Of a DNA stretch of 64,000 bases, positions 55,716 to 64,000 are shown piece after piece. The stretch's first letter is position 1. Every line of letters begins with the position of its first letter. The DNA lies in assembly GCA_965235115.1 (NCBI GenBank), contig OZ249446.1, positions 28,086,001 to 28,150,000 on the forward strand, in the 5' to 3' direction. The DNA is from Laetmonice hystrix. Taxonomy: Eukaryota. The translations under genes and the position numbers were made by a program. The notes under the pieces were generated by a model that searched no databases, had not been told where the DNA came from, and was given only the letters and a program-made list of their open reading frames with translations.

Positions 55716-55989
55716 CCCTAAACTGTATCACTGGAACACCAAACCGTACACTCGGATACCAACCCTAACTGCATCACTGGAACACTAACCCGTAAACCGG
55801 GACACCAACCCCAACCTGTATCACATATATTAGGGTTGTTAAACGCCAATATTATACTTATCCAATCCACAAGAGCTACCTTACAGTACGTTACAATCCA
55901 TATTGACGCTCATCACCTGCTCTCCACGTCTCGCGACGGACCAACGGTAGAATTAACATAAACTTCACCTAGCAAGTTCATTTAATTGA

Positions 55990-56500
55990 AAATCATCATC
56001 CATAATCATTTATAATAGCTACGGCATCACCCAACGTAGCATATTACACAGTCTTCTCCTCAAAAGGTATGTTATAAATCACTCTCACTGACTCCCCAAA
56101 CGGATGGGACAATTTATGGATAAAGCAATACTCCCTATGGAACTTTCTTCGGATCGAGACGAACGAGAGAAACATGGAATTTAGGTAACTGTGGATGAGA
56201 AAATGGGCCCGCAACACGGGACACTGCCAATTCCTTTTTTCCACTTTCAGGGTCATCATCGTCATCTGCTGTTGATCCATTTTAGGGTTGGAACTTCTAT
56301 ATCGAAACCCTAGGCTAAATCCCAGTTCAAAATACAAAACTTTATCGGGGCAATAACCCGCTCTTAATAATGACTCCTTGAGTCTAGAACCCACAACTGG
56401 AGTCGGAAGTGCCAAGTTAACCGGAGCAATTTCTTTCTGAGCCTGCAACTGCAGGGACTCAGTTGGCGCCACCACGTGCATCTCCCCTGGACTTCCCGGT
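55990..56500 (-). pseudogene. DIRS/Ngaro RT N-terminal fragment
   Basis: YCPDKVLYFELGFSLGFR...EYCFIHKLSHPFGESV...TV*YATLGDAVAII. Confidence 0.75.
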
Positions 56501-56599
56501 ATCACCAAGGACACTTCATCATCATCTTCACCGCCGTGATATGACCCTGGCTGTTGCAAGGCGTAAAACCCCAAATACTCACCTACCCACTTCATGTGC

Positions 56600-57573
56600 C
56601 ACCACCGGACAACCTTTGGGGACCACTTGATGTCTGCTGCCGTCGCTGCCGTCGCTGCCGTTCCTGCTGGAGCCCTCCACGAAAGCTCCCTCAACGAAAT
56701 GCTGGGTGAGCCGCGCCACATAGCGGACAATTTATGGGAACATCTGCAGTCTTTAACCGCACACGTTCCCACGATGGAATTGAAAACAGTGGCCTATTGG
56801 GATCCTGGGATTACCAGTCGCCACCAGACGCCGCCAACTTTTTGACATACTGAGCATGGGCGATCAGAGATCATGACAAGTGTAGGTGGACCTTAATCAA
56901 AATGGCATGGAATCGAGCAAACGCTTGGTCCCACTCCCCCACATTCATAGCCAGTCTGGGAGCGTCTTCACCAGCTTCAACGTTGGACGAACCCATCGCC
57001 TACGGCCTTGACAACAACGAGGATAGTTCCACATATTGATTCTCCTAAATCTTATTTTTAAGGGAGGCTGAGACACCGGAAACCAGTGACGTTGATATTG
57101 TATTTCACTCACTATGGATTGAGCTCCCCCCATGTACCAGCAAACCAGTCAACGTTGACGCTGATGATGGACCTTGAGGTGGAATCGTCGCAGCAACCGA
57201 CGGTGGCCCCGATGCTGAAGCTGAAGCTGCCTGTAGCCGATGGATGAGTCGTTGGTAACAGCACTTGCTGGGCGTGAAGATTCTGCGACTGAACCGGATG
57301 TCTACCCCCCTGCACGCCTGCAGCTGCAGGAACGACAAGGGGATTTGGCGTATTGCGTTCCAACACCGGCCTCCGCTGGTGCCCAAAGGCCATCATCGCC
57401 TCAGTCACGTCCTTCTCCACCGACTGAGACACTCCTAGCATAATGGTTTCCACCGAATTGTCATGACGGCCTGCCTGACGCGAAGCCCCGGGGGATGATG
57501 ACTGAGACGGCGTACGGGGCACTACTACAGGAGCTGGACCCACACGATTCCGCGCACGCTCCCGTCTATTCAC
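56600..57573 (-). pseudogene. gag: DIRS/Ngaro gag-like ORF with stops
   Basis: SLKNKI*ENQYVELSSLL...VGEWDQAFARFHAIL...AHAQYVKKLAASGGDW matches the recalled DIRS gag pattern K.KIW..EYV.L..LL / W..AF / GGDW. Confidence 0.8.
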
Positions 57574-57780
57574 CGGCAGAGGACCTTGTGGTGGGCCACG
57601 CCCCCTCCGACCTCTTACTACACCCCTATGAGGAGGTCGCTTCTTCTAGTCAGTGCCGGCCGAATCCTTAACAAAATCAAGAACATTCATTAACCATTGC
57701 ATTAATCTTTTATATATATATCACACACCACATAGGTAACAACACCTGGCCTACACCCCAACCTCAAGCACATCACCAAC

Positions 57781-58337
57781 TCAATTCGCCCTAATCAAGG
57801 CTTTCACCGATCTAATAAATACAGATCTAATACTGGTAAACAACTTAGCGTTCCCATGGCTATTTAGATGCACACCCTCACGGAACATAAAGCCACCTGC
57901 CCCTATCGTACGAGGATGACGCCAACACCTTCCTTCACCCGGGCTTTAAAATGGTCTATTCTCTCTGAGTAATCAGGGACAGACCTCGGGTAGGTCCTCC
58001 GTCAAAAAGCGGTACACACACAACCCTGCACACACTAAATTCCCCGTGGCTCTTCTCACCACTACTAATAACCTCTCCCCCAATAGTCGCAGATGCACTT
58101 CGCTGTCGTTCGCCCCCATCATCAGGATGAGTATGTGGGGTTGATAGTCGTCCATACAGTCCCACAGGGTTGGCGACCTTCTAGGTGGGCCACCGCCCCT
58201 CCTCTGACTTCTTGGAAAGTCACGTCCACATCCGCCAACCCAAAGTTCTGTGAACGGTGTGACTCATCGATTTAGGTAGCTAACCAGCGAACATACAAAT
58301 CGCCCATCAGCAGCGCCCGCAACTTGAACTCCGTCAT
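57781..58337 (-). pseudogene. SGNH/GDSL hydrolase (esterase) pseudogene
   Basis: Blocks in the expected order: LLMGDLYVRWL (GDS-like), VRGGAV, PHILILMMGAND and FREGVHLNSHGNAKLFTSIR (DGVHL-like), with stops and frameshifts. Confidence 0.8.
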
Positions 58338-58460
58338 GACGAAACTAGCCCAGTATCGCAAGGAATAATATTATAGTCACCTAACATAATTACAGTCATA
58401 CATGTTAACGATTTACTGGAACCGGAGGGCGGGCAGGGCAGGGCAGGGCAAGGCCAGGGA

Positions 58461-59620
58461 GGAATTCCAAGTGCTGTCCCAAACCTCACCGACATGACAA
58501 GCACTGGCAACCAACAAGGACAAGTGGAACGCCATCTCATGCACTGAGGCCATCTTGATGAGCGCGGAAACGGGAGGCGTCAACTCAAGCACATTGCCAT
58601 CATCGCTAAACGCAATTACATCCGAGTGCTGTCCCAAACCTCACCGACATGACAAGCACCGGTGACGACCAATAAGGACAAGTGGAACGCCATCTCATGC
58701 ACGTAGGCCATCTTGATGAGCGCGATTAAGGAAACGGGACGCGTCACCTCAAGCACATTGCCATCGTTGATGAACGCAATTACATCCGAGTGCTGTCCCA
58801 AACCTCACCGACATGACAAGCACCGGTGACGACCAATAAGGACAAGTGGAACGCCATCTCATGCACGTAGGCCATCTTGATGAGTGCGATTAAGGAAACG
58901 GGACGCGTCACCTCAAGCACATTGCCATCGTTGATGAACGCAATTACATCCGAGTGCTGTCCCAAACCTCACTGACATGACAAGCACCGGTGACGACCAA
59001 TAAGGACAAGTGGAACGCCATCTCATGCACGTAGGCCATCTTGATGAGTGCGATTAAGGAAACGGGACGCGTCACCTCAAGCACATTGCCATCGTTGATG
59101 AACGCAATTACATCCGAGTGCTGTCCCAAACCTCACTGACATGACAAGCACCGGTGACGACCAATAAGGACAAGTGGAACGCCATCTCATGCACGTAGGC
59201 CATCTTGATGAGTGCGATTAAGGAAACGGGACGCGTCACCTCAAGCACATTGCCATCGTTGATGAACGCAATTACATCCGAGTGCTGTCCCAAACCTCAC
59301 TGACATGACAAGCACCGGTGACGACCAATAAGGACAAGTGGAACGCAATTACATCCGAGTGCTGTCCCAAACCTCACCAACATGACAAGCACCGGTGACG
59401 ACCAATAAGGACAAGTGGAACGCCATCTCATGCACGTAGGCCATCTTGATGAGCGCGATTAAGGAAACGGGACGCGTCACCTCAAGCACATTGCCATCGT
59501 TGATGAACGCAATTACATCCGAGTGCTGTCCCAAACCTCACCGACATGACAAGCACCGGTGACGACCAATAAGGACAAGTGGAACGCCATCTTATGCATG
59601 TAGACATTTTGATGAGCGCG
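58461..59620. repeat. 164-bp tandem array (about 7 units)
   Basis: Near-identical units produce the repeated ORFs at 58616, 58780, 58944, 59108 and 59349. There is one 77-nt shortened unit and diverged edge units. Confidence 0.96.
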
Positions 59621-60503
59621 GGCAGGAAGTGGTGGACCATAATACACAGCATACACATACACTAAGCTTTAACATATGCAAACAGGCCTGCTAACATATA
59701 TTCAGTCCTATCACGGGCATTATTAAATTCATGAAGATCAACTGTCAGTACCAACTTTAACAAATTACTATACTAATAAGTAATGAATAACATAGGTGAC
59801 AGGCACAAAGAACAGAATCAGTTATTTCCCTTTAAATTCACACACAAAGGGCTAGCACCGGCCGACCTTCATCGAGGCCACCCCTTCCCATGAACGACCA
59901 GTATAAAGACCACCCGGGAGCTCACTACCATACTCGACTCGAACGAAAACCTCCCGCACAGTACACCGTCATAACATACGCAAAAGTGTGGGTTGAGGAA
60001 CCGGACTTCCAGTAACCTGACTTCACTACACAGGCCTTTCCGGCCAATACCATACGTAATTGCGAGGGCTTAGCACGCGCCACACAACGTGGCACCCGCA
60101 CCGCTGAGTCGAGCAGGTCATTCAGCGTCCTTGACAACCAGTACAACAAAGAGCTAACTCTCGCTGCAATTTTTCACCACGGACCGGGAGCTTACTAGGC
60201 CTATGACCGAATTAACTGTGAAATGAAATACTTATCCGCATTTGTTCGTTGAGCAGATCCTATGAAGGCCACCGCAAATTCACTCCAAATAAAACGGCTT
60301 GGACTACCACTGCAGCTTGGCTCCCGCTCCACTCACAACAACCTGTTTACGTGCCTTCTCAACTCAAACTGGATTTCAAACTTTGCCCCTTAGCAACATC
60401 CCGCGCCAGTCTGCGCACGCACCTTATCCAGACTGGCGTACCTTATCCAGTTCCGGCTAAGACACACTCAATTCCGCGCTCCTTGTTGTGCTGAAAATCT
60501 ATT

Positions 60504-60956
60504 TTGTGTCACGAAATTCCTCTTGTGATCATCCGGCCCCACAGGTCATGGTTATCTTCCTGGACTTTTGAGGGCGTTTTCTGCTGTTTATCAGTGTATG
60601 CCTTTGCCATGCTGGAGATGGATGTTGATATCTCTCCTAGCAATTCCAAGGCAACATCATCATCCATTTCGTTTCTTTTTCTTTTTTGGCATGTTGTGAT
60701 AACTGGAAGCAACGCTGATAACACTGAGATCATCTTCCTCATCCGTCTCATTTATGAGCCTCCTTCTGGCCTTGGACGGAGTTACATCCAAACTTGTTGA
60801 CGTACTTGGTCTCACAAAGTTATCACCACCACTGTCAGTCAGAGAATGCCCAATATTACTGTTCTTGGAAGTAGCACCTTCATGTGGAAAGGTGGCACGA
60901 GCTGCAGTCTTAAAAAATAAAAGACATTTTCTCAATGTTTCGTTCTTGTAATTCAT
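60504..60956 (-). pseudogene. Degenerate ORF piece with a BESS-like C-terminal motif (possibly a MADF/Myb-type Harbinger accessory gene)
   Basis: Ser/acidic linker, KRKR and VQEDNHDLWGRMITRGI, spread over two frames. The resemblance is from memory only. Confidence 0.3.
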
Positions 60957-62021
60957 TTAGAGTCGATTCATTTAGGATTCAGGGGGATTACCATTGGAGG
61001 GTGATATATGACCCCCTCAGATTTGCCTGAAATTTTTTTTGGTGGAAGGCCTATTGGTAGATAGAAAAATCCTCAATTTCTAGATCCCTAAAACAAAAAG
61101 TTTTTTCTCTAGGCCCTCTAGAAGGGTAAGTTTTTTGAGGGCCAAAATTTGACTTCTTACAAAATTAGCTTTTGAAATTGAAATATATCAATGCGCCAAT
61201 GATTGCCCAGCTTTATTTTGATTGATGTCAATCTGCAATGGAAGGAGTTCCGGAAAATTGTAAAATTTTGGTGGGCAGTTGAGGGCGTCACCTATAGGGG
61301 GCGCTGCAAAACGCTACTTTTTGCTGAATTCACGCTTATATTTACACTTCTGGACTGCGCCCTCAACATCCCAAGCTAGTTTATGCATGATATGATTCCA
61401 TTAGCAAGCCCAATACTATGCAACTGGAAATTAATGTGGGATAATAAAGGCGCGAGAGTATAGGTGGCACTCAAGTTGGTCAAAACGCAAAATTCGGTGT
61501 TTTTGGGGGTCACATTTCTCAATGCCCTCTCATCAGATTTGAACGAAATATTTTTTATCAGGCAGCCCTGTATGTCTACTAACTGTCATATAAAGATTAT
61601 AGTGGGGTTCAGCTGTATTAACCCTTTTCTGATCATCGCAATGTGGTTAAGTTTACAAACACGAATTTGTGCCAAGCGGCCATTTTGAAGAATATCAAAA
61701 ATCTGTTTGACGTGCACCATCCTCAGATCATCCCAGATCATTGTGTGAAGTTTCAAAGAAATCGACCCATACACTTCTGAGTAATCGCTGTCAATGGACA
61801 TAGTATGTGACACTGTGCACAGTCATCTCTTTTTAGCCCCGAATTTGACCTCTGTCCGTCTGTCTGTACGTCCACGTACGTCGCGCCATACGTATGTTCA
61901 TTGACAAAGCCGTATGTAAGACTTACAAGCAGAGCCGTAAACTATGCTGCCGTAATCGAGCTTCGACCGGATTAAAGCTCTGTACAGTTGTAAAAGGACT
62001 GTACTGTCTGTTACTATTGTT

Positions 62022-62415
62022 TTTACTCGATGCAGAGTTGGTCATTCTAGATTAACTCTTGTGTTTTTATTGAAGGGGGAGCCACCTCCAGAATGTTATG
62101 GCTGTCAGTGTCCTTTGACACTGAAGCATCTTTTACTCGAATGTGGTGATTTTACTCTCATCAGACAAAGGTTTTATAATGAGACGAGTCTTAAGGATCT
62201 TTTTAGCAATATCAGACCAGGAGTGATTTTAGAGTTCTTGTCGGAAGCTGGACTTCTGACTCTTTTATAGATGTGTTTTGGTGGTGTTCCCGTTGGGACC
62301 CAGGATAAAATAGGTTCCTTTGGTTTTATGGTCTTATAACTCTGTTTTCGCCATGAAGATGGCCCCGGATGCCGACACGGCGCAAAACCACCACTACTCA
62401 CTCACTCACTCACTC
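62022..62415 (+). mobile_element. 5'-truncated LINE 3' end (I/Nimb-like group)
   Basis: RCRVGHSRLT...PPPECYGCQCPLTLKHLLLEC C-terminal CCHC domain, stop at 62270, 3' UTR and a (CTCA)n tail at 62397-62415. Confidence 0.88.
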
Positions 62416-64000
62416 CCCAGCCAGTTTTTCGAAATAATTCCATACTATTGTAGCGTTTCTTCTCACTACTTAACTAGGGGTAAGGGGCATAAATCGTACT
62501 TCTCGTTGTGTTCTTTAAGTACTTTACTCTTAAGCGGGGGACAAGGGGGAGGTTCAATCACTGGATGACATTAACACTTCGAGAGACCAAAACTCAAAGA
62601 CAGAGGTACAAAAATATGTGCTTTAATAACCGTGAATAAATATACAGCCAACAAAACATGGCAAGAACTGGACGGCGACGAAATACTTTAAACAAACCAA
62701 TTAGAAAAATACCTTTCACAAAGTTACAGCCGTATAGATCTTAAGACAAGTTAAGTTAACTTACACATGACATGACAGATCTCACCAAAATACCCATGCA
62801 CTGATACCGGCACAGACCTCTGGCAAACATAGCCATATTATATGATACAGGGACTAAGTCAGTAGTACAAATAGTAACATATAAGTATAACAAGAAGACA
62901 ATTCAAGCCCTCACTACTGGACTCTGGACGGATATTATAAGTACAGTACAGCACTTACAGTACCCAAGTGACCCGCATCTGGCTGGTCGGACCCGCAAAC
63001 TGGCACCAAAACCCACTGACCAGCGAGGACAGCCATGGGACCCGCCTGAATGATAAATCTAGGCCTAAAACGCCCAGCCCTAGTGTTAGGCCCATCCTTC
63101 CTACTTTGTATCGTTGGTTGAGGATAATCTGCGGCTTCATCACACGTAAATTAGTAAAATTAGCTCAAAATACCTGCGCCAGGCACTTTCTTTGCTTAAC
63201 CACATCAAGTGGCCTAGATCTAGCCATATCCGATAGATGGCGATTGTTGCCCCACCCTTATTTTTGCAGACTGAGTTTTTAACAAATTGTTAATGAAAAA
63301 AACGTTATTTTCTGCTAACTCTAAGACCTTGGATTTTGTTCCCAGATGCCAGGAAAACGCATATTTGGCACTTTAGATCTAATCTTCAAATGTTTCAGGG
63401 GGAGGGCCCCCAGACCCCTGGCTCGAGACTTGGCGCGCTCTCATTACCAGCATTTAAAAACTTGGAACTTGGGACCTATGGTACAGAGTTAGAAAACTAC
63501 ATACTGTCTTAACAGCACCGTACTAGTATATATAGTGAAGTTAAGCATTACAGCATCCGAATCAGGGTTACAGTATATGTCGGTCATACCAGAACTTTGC
63601 ATATATTATAGGCCTAGGCTACCCTCATACCTGCGGGAGTGGAGACTGATCGGGAGGGGATGGTTATCTGTTGGGAGTCGGGGAGGACCGCCGGTCGGGC
63701 AGGGTCGGTCGTCGGTCGGGGGTCGCGTGTTTAGTAAGGCGGTTGCTGATTGGATCTAAGGGTTTAACGTTTCCTTTGTCTAATGTAATTGGTCAATCAG
63801 TGACCTTAATCTTTCTGAAATAAAGAACAATCATCAGAAGTGGAGGAGTATTACTCCTGCTATAAAAATATAAACAGTGGGTATAATTAAACTGGGCCTA
63901 CTGGCTTTGAAAATATATCAAGGAGGATCACGGGTCAACAGATCAAGCACTGACCCCCAGATCAAAACAAACATGGCGGACCTAGATCACAACCTCGCAA

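Larger units (their letters stand above)
55402..58337 (-). mobile_element. Decayed DIRS/Ngaro-type tyrosine-recombinase retrotransposon (order SGNH hydrolase, gag, RT, YR)
   Basis: All four domains are recognisable by manual translation on one strand. A large deletion removes most of RT, the RNase H and the YR N terminus. Termini are not resolved. Confidence 0.85.

Noticed and set aside
58461-59620. Hammerhead ribozyme (retrozyme-like) in the 164-bp unit: TTGATGA...GAAAC...GTC
   Set aside because: The core order and a possible stem III are present, but stem II (gcgcgattaag) does not pair and the sequence before the core (ccatc) is not complementary to that after GTC (acctc), so there is no stem I. 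An Infernal search would be decisive.
62560-63290. Possible further LTR or DIRS-like fragment
   Set aside because: No termini, TSD, partner repeat or protein motif found within the window.

Overview
A eukaryotic (metazoan, probably invertebrate; species not determinable) transposon-dense window with almost no ordinary host genes. It holds three full-length, young Ty3/gypsy LTR elements with TSDs. Gypsy-A (7450-17261, -) has one intact 2120-aa gag-pol ORF. Gypsy-B (26005-34387, -) is disabled but carries an intact C2H2-finger/coiled-coil ORF3 where env would sit, plus a tandem array of primer-binding-site cassettes. Gypsy-C (39906-48945, +) has intact gag, frameshifted pol and a class I fusion-type env, i.e. 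an errantivirus-like endogenous retrovirus. Also present: a decayed DIRS/Ngaro-type tyrosine-recombinase element with an SGNH hydrolase upstream of gag, CACTG-ended (CMC/EnSpm-like) non-autonomous elements, a Harbinger-type MITE, pogo and THAP remnants, a solo LTR, a LINE 3' end, several tandem arrays, an orphan two-ORF cassette and the spliced 3' end of a DUF4806-like gene. Insertions are nested up to three levels deep. All alignments and family calls were made by eye and from recalled motifs; no database search was run.
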